Shown here: positions 44,739-53,067 of the stretch, one piece after another
Layout of the letters: each line of letters opens with the position of its first letter
Numbering within the stretch: position 1 is the stretch's first letter
Origin: Pirellulales bacterium
GTDB taxonomy: Bacteria > Planctomycetota > Planctomycetia > Pirellulales > UBA1268
Direction: 5' to 3'
DNA length: 64,000 nt
Assembly (NCBI GenBank): GCA_016779265.1
Contig: JADHNY010000008.1
Coordinates: forward strand, 4,231-68,230
The notes under the pieces: model-generated
What the model was told of the DNA's origin: nothing
Seen by the model: only the letters and a program-made list of their open reading frames with translations
The model's database searches: none
Program-made: the position numbers and the translations under genes

Positions 44739-44792
44739 GGGGGAACGAGCGGGCCCACATGCGGCCCGCAGAATCTGTGAAGGAGACACGCG

Positions 44793-45692
44793 ATGTCGTT
44801 CGTGCAGTCGTTGGTGCGGCAGGTGGTGGCGGTTGCGGTGCTCAGCCTGACAGGCAGCCTGGGGTCGCTGGCGGTGGCAGCGGAGCATCAGGAAGTACTG
44901 CTCTGGCCTGAGGGCATGCCCGGTCCGGGGCTGACCGTGCCGGCAGGAACGGAGGAGACGGTCACGGTCGGTGATGACGGGATTTCACGCCGCACGAATG
45001 TGTCGACTCCCCGACTGCTCATCTACACGCCCGAGGGGGCTGCCGATGGGCCGCGGCCAGCGGTGGTGGTGGCGCCAGGTGGTGGCTACAGCATCCTTGC
45101 CGACGAGCATGAAGGAAGCGATGTCTGCCGCTGGTTTAACGATCATGGGTTTGTTGCCTTCCTGCTCCACTACCGGGTGCCGACCCGTTCGCAGGAGCGT
45201 GCCAATCTGGGGCCAGTGATGGATGCCCAGAAGGCGGTGCACGATGTGCGGCTGCGGGCGGATGCGTTTGGGGTCGACCCTGAGAAGATTGCCCTCATCG
45301 GCTTTTCTGCAGGTGGTCAGACTGCTGCGGTGGCGACAGCCGGCGCGGTGGAGATCGAACCGCAGGAGGGCATCTCAGTTCGGCCGAACGCGACCGTGCT
45401 GATCTACCCCTGGAACATGGTGGAAGCCAAAGGCGAGCCGCTGCGGAAAGACATGACCATCACCGCCACGACCCCACCGATGTTTCTCGCGCTGGCCTGT
45501 CACGACCGGGCCTCGATTCCCCAGGGCGCCACCACGCTCTTTCTGGAGCTGATCGAGGCAGATGTGCCGACCGAACTACATATCTACCAGGAAGGCGGCC
45601 ATGGCTTTGGGATGCGAGCTCGGGAGGGTGCTCCTGTGAGTCGTGACTGGCCAAAGCTCTCCCTGGAGTGGCTCCAGGGCCTGGGCTTCTAA
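44793..45692 (+). CDS. Exported alpha/beta-fold hydrolase (esterase/lipase type)
   Basis: 299 aa. AGGAG sits 7 nt upstream. Signal VAVAVLSLTGSLGSLAVAA, oxyanion region VVVAPGGGY, nucleophile elbow GFSAGG and a C-terminal GGHGF. Confidence 0.75.
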   Translation: MSFVQSLVRQVVAVAVLSLTGSLGSLAVAAEHQEVLLWPEGMPGPGLTVPAGTEETVTVGDDGISRRTNVSTPRLLIYTPEGAADGPRPAVVVAPGGGYSILADEHEGSDVCRWFNDHGFVAFLLHYRVPTRSQERANLGPVMDAQKAVHDVRLRADAFGVDPEKIALIGFSAGGQTAAVATAGAVEIEPQEGISVRPNATVLIYPWNMVEAKGEPLRKDMTITATTPPMFLALACHDRASIPQGATTLFLELIEADVPTELHIYQEGGHGFGMRAREGAPVSRDWPKLSLEWLQGLGF

Positions 45693-45696
45693 CTGC

Positions 45697-47214
45697 TCAG
45701 GGAGCCTTGTCAGAAGTGGACGAAGCGTCGGCAGCAGGTACGAGTGTCGATGCCATCTCGACCAGGGCGTCGAGCATGCGGTCGGAGGCGTCGCGGTCGA
45801 GCCGGTTTGTTCCCGGCCAGGTCTCGTAGCCGCCGAGGTCGTGCTGCCGCGGTGTGGGGAGGTAGCCGAGATAGCCATGGGCCAGTGAGACGAGAAAACT
45901 CGGCTGCCCACCGCCGCGGCGGCGGAAGTCGAGGCCAATCTCACTGAAGATCTCGCAGGGCATCGTGCCGATTCTCGCCGAGCCAATCGCCAGCACCTGC
46001 AGAGGCACGTCGAGCATCTCTGGCTGATGAGCGAGTGCCTGCACCCGTTCGGCGTAGATCTCGGAGAGTGTCTTGGCGGCGTCGGGGGTGTCGGCTGCGG
46101 GGAGAGACTCCTCCGCCCAGGAGGCCTCTCGTTCGGTTGGATGACGGGCGGCCACGCGGAGTTCTTGATAACGAGCCGCAAGCGGCCAGTCGCGAGAGTA
46201 GGTCAAGCCACCGGCAGTCTTGGCAAGTTTCACAGCCACATCCTCGGCGACGAGCCGCATCTGCTCATACGGCTGCCGCCGCGGGGCAGGCTCACGAAAG
46301 TTGATGTTGTTGATGTCGCCGCTGGTGCCGTTGGCGAGCATCGCCACAAATGGTGGATCGCTGGGCTCACGGTCGACCCGTCGCTCCAGTTCCCGGCAGA
46401 CGACACCAAAGTAGTCAGCCGAGACATGGCCTCGTGGAACGCCGCCAACATAGTGCAGGGAGTAGGTGGCCAGCAGGGCGAGCGGTCGCCCTTCAGCTTC
46501 ACGGATGGCGAGAAAAGAGATCGTGGGGTCGGTCGGCCCAGCAGGACGATCGAGATTGGCACTCCCACGAGGTGGGTTCATCTTCACCAGATCGTCTGCA
46601 GAGCCGAAGGGGTTTTCAGGCATCGAGCCTGGACGCATAAACCAGCGACGATTGAAGACATGTTCCGGAGCCTCGACCTGCCCGATGGCGAGTTCGGCAG
46701 GCCGCAGCAGGTTGGCCGCACAGCGAACACCATCGGCGATTCGTCTGGCCACAAACGCTTGGTAGTCCGAGAGCTCCTCAAGCAGCGGTACAAAACGCTC
46801 ATCACCAGTCCCACCGAGTGCCGTCGTTGCGGAGTGGGTGTGGGTCGCTGCGATCAGGACCTGCTGTGGCGGAATGCCCGTCTCTGAGGCGATCAGTCGC
46901 CGGGCTTCGTCGCTGACAGATCGATGAATGCCCAGCAGGTCGCAGATCACCACAGCCAGCTGTGTCTCACCGTCGTCGAGGACCAGACAGCGGGCATGCA
47001 GATCGTCGTGGATATGCTCAGCGGGGAACGGATGAAATCCGCCCACGATCGGCTCACCGAGTGGAGGTGTGATGCAGGCGGTCGCGGCCCCAGCCTGCAG
47101 CTCCGCCGCTGCTGTTGATCCTGAGCCACAGAGAGTGCCCAGGACTGGGACCAGGAGCGTGGCGATCCCCACAAGAACCTTCAGCGGTATCGGACTCTGG
47201 CTGCGTTGTTGCAT
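45697..47214 (-). CDS. Neutral/alkaline ceramidase-like N-terminal domain protein (exported hydrolase)
   Basis: I prefer the Met at 47214 (MQQRSQSPIPLKVLVGIATLLVPVLG...). ACITPPLGEPIVGG, DDLHARCLVLDDGETQLAVVICDLLGI and LIAATHTHSA resemble the ceramidase_alk N-terminal pattern. This is from recall only. Confidence 0.5.
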   Translation of the reverse strand: MQQRSQSPIPLKVLVGIATLLVPVLGTLCGSGSTAAAELQAGAATACITPPLGEPIVGGFHPFPAEHIHDDLHARCLVLDDGETQLAVVICDLLGIHRSVSDEARRLIASETGIPPQQVLIAATHTHSATTALGGTGDERFVPLLEELSDYQAFVARRIADGVRCAANLLRPAELAIGQVEAPEHVFNRRWFMRPGSMPENPFGSADDLVKMNPPRGSANLDRPAGPTDPTISFLAIREAEGRPLALLATYSLHYVGGVPRGHVSADYFGVVCRELERRVDREPSDPPFVAMLANGTSGDINNINFREPAPRRQPYEQMRLVAEDVAVKLAKTAGGLTYSRDWPLAARYQELRVAARHPTEREASWAEESLPAADTPDAAKTLSEIYAERVQALAHQPEMLDVPLQVLAIGSARIGTMPCEIFSEIGLDFRRRGGGQPSFLVSLAHGYLGYLPTPRQHDLGGYETWPGTNRLDRDASDRMLDALVEMASTLVPAADASSTSDKAP

Positions 47215-47350
47215 GACGATCGGTTTCCTCTGCCAACATGTGCTCGGTCTGGCACCACCGCCTGAACCCCTGCGGTAGCATAACGAGGGGAGGTGCCGGC
47301 TGTGGGAGGACACAGACTGGTGGGGCCAAAGATGGTGGAAGGGCTGTGAG

Positions 47351-48832
47351 ATGCATCAGCGGAAGACCAGGCTGACGCTGCAAACTGTGTTGAGGGTGGC
47401 CATGGCAGCGGCGGTGGCAGTCACCCTGATGGTGGTGGGCCGGCAGGCTGTGGCTGAGCAGGCATCTGCAGCACGGCCTCCCAACATCGTGCTGTTTTTT
47501 GTTGACAACCTAGGCCATGGTGACCTCGGCTGCACCGGGTCGACTCTGCATCGCACGCCGAGGATCGATGCGTTGGCCACCCACGGCACCCGGCTGACCA
47601 GTTTTTATTCGGCCAGTGGCGTCTGCACGCCGAGTCGGGCGGCACTGCTGACAGGCTGCTATCCGCGTCGCGTGGGGATGCACGAGAGTGACACCGGTGG
47701 AGCGGTGCTGCAGCCGGTTGCTGCCCGCGGGCTGCATCCTGATGAGGTCACGATTGCAGAAGTGCTCAAGGCCGCCGGCTACGCCACAGGCATCTTTGGG
47801 AAGTGGCACCTGGGCGATCAGCCAGCGTTCTTGCCAACTCGGCAGGGCTTCGATGTGTTTTTCGGAATCCCCTACAGCGACGACATGACGCCCCGTGAAG
47901 GACGGCCGTGGCCTCCGCTCCCGCTGCTCTCTGGTGAGCAGGTGATTGAGGCCCCTGTCGACCGCACACTGCTCGCTCGCCGCTGCACAGAAGCCGCTGT
48001 ACGGTTTATCGACGCGCATGCCGAGCAGCCATTCTTTCTCTATCTGCCCCATCCGATGCCAGGCTCAACGCAGCATCCGTTCGCCAGCGAAGCGTTCCAG
48101 GGGAAGAGTCGCAATGGTGCCTACGGTGACAGTGTTGAGGAGCTCGACTGGGCTACCGGCGAGGTGCTTGATGCCCTCGAGCGTCACCACCTGACCGATG
48201 AGACCTTGGTGATCTGGACGAGTGACAACGGGGCACCACGGCGAAATCCCCCGCAGGGCAGTTGTGCACCCTTCAAAGGCCATGGCTACGACACGTCGGA
48301 GGGGGCGATGCGGATGCCCTGTCTGGTGCAGTGGCCTGGGCATGTGCCTGCCGGAGGTGTCTGTGACGCCCTCATCTCCACTATGGATCTGCTGCCTACG
48401 TGTGCACACTTGGCAGGAGCCGAACTGCCCGGCCGCAGGATTGATGGGCATGACATCTCGTCGATCCTCTTGGGCGACAGCGACACGACGAGTTCTCCAT
48501 GGGATACGATTGGCTTTGGCTACTATCGGCTGGGACAGCTGCAGGCGGTTCGCGCCGGCCGCTGGCGGCTTGACCTGCCGCTGCCAGAGAAGTTCGTGAC
48601 TCTTGGGCGACGCACTGAGCCTGCAGCGTGTGCCCTCTACGATGTGGCCAACGATCTGGCCCAGGCGGATGAAGTCGCCGACGACCATCCTGACGTGGTG
48701 GCCCGGCTGATGCAGCTGGCGGCGGCGATCCGGCAGGAGATCGGCGACATTGATCAGCCTGGTCGCGGTGAACGAGCAGCCGGGAAGGTCACGAACCCGG
48801 TGCCGCTGCTGGCATCTCCACCACAGCCTTGA
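47351..48832 (+). CDS. Sulfatase (arylsulfatase A family, Cys-type formylglycine site)
   Basis: 493 aa with a signal peptide. Has PNIVLFFVDNLGHGDLGCTG, the formylglycine motif CTPSRAALLTG, and GKWHLG. Confidence 0.9.
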   Translation: MHQRKTRLTLQTVLRVAMAAAVAVTLMVVGRQAVAEQASAARPPNIVLFFVDNLGHGDLGCTGSTLHRTPRIDALATHGTRLTSFYSASGVCTPSRAALLTGCYPRRVGMHESDTGGAVLQPVAARGLHPDEVTIAEVLKAAGYATGIFGKWHLGDQPAFLPTRQGFDVFFGIPYSDDMTPREGRPWPPLPLLSGEQVIEAPVDRTLLARRCTEAAVRFIDAHAEQPFFLYLPHPMPGSTQHPFASEAFQGKSRNGAYGDSVEELDWATGEVLDALERHHLTDETLVIWTSDNGAPRRNPPQGSCAPFKGHGYDTSEGAMRMPCLVQWPGHVPAGGVCDALISTMDLLPTCAHLAGAELPGRRIDGHDISSILLGDSDTTSSPWDTIGFGYYRLGQLQAVRAGRWRLDLPLPEKFVTLGRRTEPAACALYDVANDLAQADEVADDHPDVVARLMQLAAAIRQEIGDIDQPGRGERAAGKVTNPVPLLASPPQP

Positions 48833-49835
48833 GCACGCCTGAGCCCGGCTCGAGCAGGGTGGGGAAGACCTCCGCGATCTCAGCGAAAGGCACGCGGTGC
48901 GTGATCCAAGGCCGCGTGTCGATACGCTTCTCCTCGATCAGACTGATGATGCGGGTGAAGTCACCTGGCAGCGCGTTGCGACTGGCGAGGATCGAGAGTT
49001 CGCGACGGTGCATCACCGTGGCGTGAGAAAAGGAGAGGTTCTGCTGCGTAATGCCCACGTAGACGAGCCGTCCGCCGTAGCTGCAGAGGGCGAGTGCGGC
49101 ACTCATGCTCTGATGACTGCCGGTGGCATCGACAACCACCTCCGCCAGGCGACCCTCGGTCATCCCGTGGAGCGTCTCTTCATCCTCAGGCGTGCCGGTG
49201 GCGAGCAGGGTGTCGACGATGCCGAGCCGTTCACGGGCAAAGGCCAGCCGCGACTCCGCCATGTCCATCAGGATCACGCGGCTGCCTGCCAAGCGGGCAA
49301 ACTCAACCGCCGAGAGGCCGATCGGTCCGGCCCCGATCACGAGCACCGTCTCCTGGTCAGTCGGCTTTCCTCGGTTGATCGCATGACAGCCAATGGCCAA
49401 GGTTTCCACCAGGGCATTCTCCTCGGGCTTGAGCCGAGGTGAGCGGTGCAGCTTGCGGGCGGGCAGCGTGTAGAGCGGCTGGAGGCCACCATCGCAGTGC
49501 ACGCCGAGCGTCTGGTTGTGCTCGCAGCAGTTGGTCAGCCCGCGACGGCAGGAGTGGCAGGCCTGGCAGTTGAGATAGGGTTCAACACAGCAGCGGTCAC
49601 CGACAGCCACGCCCGTCACACCGTCACCGACTGCGACCACCTCCACACTCAGCTCATGGCCCGGGATGCGGGGATAGCTGAAGTAGGGCATCGTGCCTCG
49701 GAAGCCACCGTAGTCTGTGCCACAGATGCCGACGGCCTCCACGCGGACCACCGCGTCGCCTGGGCCAGGATGTTCTGGCTCTGGAACCTCGCGGTAGCCG
49801 AACGAACCGGGCTGCTCAAGAACAAGTGCCTGCAT
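48789..49835 (-). CDS. Zn-dependent medium-chain alcohol/polyol dehydrogenase
   Basis: I prefer the start MQALVLEQPG at 49835 (track ORF to 50012). Has GICGTDYGG, GHE, the structural Zn site CQACHSCRRGLTNCC, and the Rossmann motif VIGAGPIGL. Confidence 0.8.
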   Translation of the reverse strand: MQALVLEQPGSFGYREVPEPEHPGPGDAVVRVEAVGICGTDYGGFRGTMPYFSYPRIPGHELSVEVVAVGDGVTGVAVGDRCCVEPYLNCQACHSCRRGLTNCCEHNQTLGVHCDGGLQPLYTLPARKLHRSPRLKPEENALVETLAIGCHAINRGKPTDQETVLVIGAGPIGLSAVEFARLAGSRVILMDMAESRLAFARERLGIVDTLLATGTPEDEETLHGMTEGRLAEVVVDATGSHQSMSAALALCSYGGRLVYVGITQQNLSFSHATVMHRRELSILASRNALPGDFTRIISLIEEKRIDTRPWITHRVPFAEIAEVFPTLLEPGSGVLKAVVEMPAAAPGS

Positions 49836-49863
49836 CGGTGACTGCTTTCTGTCGGGAAGAGCG

Positions 49864-50697
49864 TTAGGTGGCAAGGCCGTAGAAGCGGGTTGCGGTCGTG
49901 CCGAGGATCTGTTCGCGTTCGGTCTCGCTGAGTGTGCTGAGGAAGTCGGCCACGAGTCCAAACACCTCTGGATATTCGGCAGCCAGCAGGCAGACGGGCC
50001 AGTCGCTTCCATACATCAGCCGCTGCGGGCCGAAGGCTTCAAGGGCCACGTCGAGATAGGGCCTGAAGTCATCAGGTTTCCAGCCCTTCCAGGCGGCCTC
50101 GGTGACCAGGCCGGAGAGTTTGCAGGCCACGTTGGGATGCCGGGCGAGGGCACGCAGGTCGGTCTGCCAGGGCTCGCGCTTGCCAGTCTTGATCAACGGT
50201 TTGGAGAGATGGTCCAGCACAAACCGCTGTTCGGGCATCATCGCCACCAGTTCGACGGCAGCCGGCAGCTGCGGCACATACAACAGCAGGTCATAGGTCA
50301 GACCGTCGCCGTGGAGATGCCGCAGGCCTCTGACAAATGCCTCGCCCAACAGGAAGCGTGGATCCGGCTCGTCCTGCACGACATGCCGCACACCGACAAA
50401 CTTTGGGTGACTGGCAAACTCTCGCAGCTGTTCACCGACGTCGGCGCTGCGGAGATCCACCCAGCCAACCACCCCGAGCACTTCGGGATGCGAGTCGGCA
50501 AGGCTCAGCAGCCATCGCGTTTCCTCGCGTGTCTGCCGGGCCTGCACGGCGACGCTGCCAGCGATGCCTTCAGCTGCGATGAGGGGTTTGAGATCAGCGG
50601 GCAGGTAGTCACGGGCGAGCCGCTCCATGCCGTCCCCGATCCAGGGATACTCCTCAGCGGAATACTGCCAGAAGTGCTGATGGGCGTCGACTCGCAT
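49864..50697 (-). CDS. Amidohydrolase-2 family lactonase, L-fucono-1,5-lactonase-like (COG3618)
   Basis: 277 aa. MRVDAHQHFWQYSAEEYPWIGDGMERLARDYLP, VLDHLSKP, CKLSGLVTEA and FGPQRLMYGSDWPVCLLAA are colinear with characterised L-fuconolactonases, as I recall them. Confidence 0.8.
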   Translation of the reverse strand: MRVDAHQHFWQYSAEEYPWIGDGMERLARDYLPADLKPLIAAEGIAGSVAVQARQTREETRWLLSLADSHPEVLGVVGWVDLRSADVGEQLREFASHPKFVGVRHVVQDEPDPRFLLGEAFVRGLRHLHGDGLTYDLLLYVPQLPAAVELVAMMPEQRFVLDHLSKPLIKTGKREPWQTDLRALARHPNVACKLSGLVTEAAWKGWKPDDFRPYLDVALEAFGPQRLMYGSDWPVCLLAAEYPEVFGLVADFLSTLSETEREQILGTTATRFYGLAT

Positions 50698-50716
50698 GGC
50701 GATCTCCTCTCAGAGG

Positions 50717-51652
50717 TCATGAGTTGTTCTCAGGCAGTCCTTCGGCGTGGCCGATGTTCTTCACCGCTGCAAAGATCTGTTGAACGTCGTGCAGCAGTTC
50801 CTCATCGATCGGCTCAGCGGCCCACTCAGCCCAGGCCCGGATGTTTGCCGGGTTGGCACTGCCGGCGATCGTGGTGGCAATGTCTGTGTTTGCGAGCGAG
50901 AACTGCAGGGCGAGCTTGGCGATTGGCGTACCTCGCGACGTGCAGACCGCGGCGGCCTCGCGGGCGGCGGCCTTCACTTCTTCAGGCTCCTTGAGCCAGG
51001 CGGGCAACGCGGCATCGGTCAGCAGTCGGGCACTGAAGGGGCCTGCATTCATCACCCCGATCCCACGCTCCTTGAGCCAGGGGATCGTCTCATCGGCAAA
51101 ACGGGTGTTCTGCAGGGTGTACTGGTTGTAGCTGAGCACGCAGTCGACATCGGTCTGATCGCAGATGAAGTGAAAGATCTTCTGCGGGTAGCCTGAGAAT
51201 CCCACAAACCGCACCTTGCCGGCCGCTTGAGCCTTTCGTAGGGCGGGCAGGGTCTCGTCGACAATCTGCTGCATCGGCACGAACTCAATGTCGTGGCACA
51301 GGGCGATGTCGAGGTGATCGGTGCCCAGCCTGTGCAGGGAGACATCGATGCTTTCAGCCACTCGTTTGGCAGTGAAGTCGAAGTGGGTCAGGTCGTAGCG
51401 ACCGAGTTTGGTGCAGAGCAGATAGTCGTCCCGCGGAATGTCACGGAGGGCCACACCAAGGAGCACCTCGCTCATGCCCCGGCCATAGAAGGGGCTCGTG
51501 TCGATCAGTCGCAGTCCACACTCCAGTGCGGTGCGGACACTCCCTAGCGCCTCGTCAAGCGTTACACGGCGAAACTCTTGGCCAAGGGACGAAGCGCCGA
51601 AGCCAAGGATCGGCAGTTCCAGGCCGGTCGAGCCGAGGGGACGGGTCTGCAT
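50717..51652 (-). CDS. Aldo/keto reductase of the L-galactose / L-fucose (D-threo-aldose) 1-dehydrogenase type
   Basis: I prefer the start MQTRPLGSTGLELPILGFGASSLG at 51652 (track ORF to 51844). DTSPFYG, LCTKLGRY, DIALCHDIEF, VRFVGFSG, VLSYNQY and KLALQFSLAN parallel L-GalDH-like AKRs. Confidence 0.75.
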   Translation of the reverse strand: MQTRPLGSTGLELPILGFGASSLGQEFRRVTLDEALGSVRTALECGLRLIDTSPFYGRGMSEVLLGVALRDIPRDDYLLCTKLGRYDLTHFDFTAKRVAESIDVSLHRLGTDHLDIALCHDIEFVPMQQIVDETLPALRKAQAAGKVRFVGFSGYPQKIFHFICDQTDVDCVLSYNQYTLQNTRFADETIPWLKERGIGVMNAGPFSARLLTDAALPAWLKEPEEVKAAAREAAAVCTSRGTPIAKLALQFSLANTDIATTIAGSANPANIRAWAEWAAEPIDEELLHDVQQIFAAVKNIGHAEGLPENNS

Positions 51653-51729
51653 GCTGAACTCGTGCGTGAAGGAGGAAAAGGCCAGGAGCGTCTGCTGTGG
51701 ACGGCCACCGAGGCACTGCGAACAGTCGA

Positions 51730-52185
51730 TCAGGAGAACGTGCGGCAGCCGATGGTGAGCAGCAGGTTCGCCCAGGGCTGGGTCTCCGCTGTCTGGATCG
51801 TGAGCACATGATCGGCTGACGCGACGGCCTCGTAGAAGTCCCACTTCACGATAGGCATCAGCTCACACGGGCTGCCGGCGGCGGTGAGGATTCTGCGGTA
51901 GTCTGTCCAGACGGGTGGGTCACCTGGGGTTGCTGCTGCGTAGGGATCATCACGGTCGATGCCCATCGTGTTGACCTCGTCGACCTGCACCGTGTTGACC
52001 ACCGCCTCAAAGACCTGAGCGACGGAGGGAACGCCAGGAGACAGCTGCAGCGAGATCAGCTCTGCGCGGGGGCCGCGCTTGTTGGCGGCCGGGTAGTTGC
52101 CATCGGCGATCAAGACCTTGGAGTGATGGCCGGCCGTGGCGAGAACGCGGAGAATCTCCGGATGAAGCAGGGGCGTGTTGAGCAT
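51730..52185 (-). CDS. fucU: RbsD/FucU family mutarotase (L-fucose mutarotase-like)
   Basis: 151 aa. Has MLNTPLLHPEILRVLATAGHHSKVLIADGNYP. Confidence 0.8.
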   Translation of the reverse strand: MLNTPLLHPEILRVLATAGHHSKVLIADGNYPAANKRGPRAELISLQLSPGVPSVAQVFEAVVNTVQVDEVNTMGIDRDDPYAAATPGDPPVWTDYRRILTAAGSPCELMPIVKWDFYEAVASADHVLTIQTAETQPWANLLLTIGCRTFS

Positions 52186-52218
52186 GCGAGGGAAGGCTCC
52201 GGAAGAGGTGTGCCGGGC

Positions 52219-53067
52219 TTAGCGGCGTGAGGCGTGGCTGAGGAAACTCTGAATGCTGGCACTCGCCGCCTCAGTGGAGGTGGGGAGTGGGAAGATCTCA
52301 GCCGAGAGGAAGCCACGGAAACGAACAGCTTCGAGGGCTGCCACGATTGGCTTGACGGCAGTGTGTCCCATCCCGATCGCCCGGCGGTTGGAATCGGCCC
52401 AGTGCACATGTCCAAGCTGATCGCCCACCTCCTTGAGTGTGGCGGCGAGGTCGGTCTCCTCGATATTCATGTGGAAGAGATCGCACAGCAGCCGCACATG
52501 GCCTAGGCGATGCTGCGCGAGAAACGCAGCAGCATCGGCCTGTCGGTTGAACAGATCTGTCTCGTAGCGATTGAGGGCTTCGTAGAGGAACACTTGGCCG
52601 TGTCTGGCGGCTCGTTCGCCAAGTGGCCCCAGGGCGTCGGCAAGCATCTGGCAGGCAGATTCACGCGGTACATCGGGGGTCGATCGTCCCTGCATTGAGC
52701 CGAGAATTGCCGGGGCTGAGAGGCTCGCGGCGACATCGATAATGCCCTCAATAAAGGAGCGTGCCTTCGCTCGCACGGTAGCATCGGCATCACACAAGGA
52801 GAGCCGGTGACGCACCCAGCCTGCCCCGGTGCCGACTGCCGCAAGGCTGAGTCGATGCTTCTCAAGCAACCCTTTGAGTTCTTCCTTGGGGAAGCTCTCA
52901 GCGTCGGCGGCAAAGATCTCAACGGCATCAAAGCCGAGTGCGGCGGCCTTACCACAGGCCTCTGCGAGCGTTGGGAGGTCGTTCTGTTCGCCAGGCTGAC
53001 GGCAGTGGAAGACAAACGGACCGCCACGGGCTTCAGGAACAAGACTGATGGTGACAGCAGACTTCAT
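52219..53067 (-). CDS. Sugar-phosphate isomerase/epimerase (xylose-isomerase-like TIM barrel)
   Basis: 282 aa. Has GFDAVEIF, LYEALNRYE, LLCDLFHMNIEE and HVHWADSNR, typical of the AP_endonuc_2 / TIM-barrel family. Confidence 0.75.
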   Translation of the reverse strand: MKSAVTISLVPEARGGPFVFHCRQPGEQNDLPTLAEACGKAAALGFDAVEIFAADAESFPKEELKGLLEKHRLSLAAVGTGAGWVRHRLSLCDADATVRAKARSFIEGIIDVAASLSAPAILGSMQGRSTPDVPRESACQMLADALGPLGERAARHGQVFLYEALNRYETDLFNRQADAAAFLAQHRLGHVRLLCDLFHMNIEETDLAATLKEVGDQLGHVHWADSNRRAIGMGHTAVKPIVAALEAVRFRGFLSAEIFPLPTSTEAASASIQSFLSHASRR

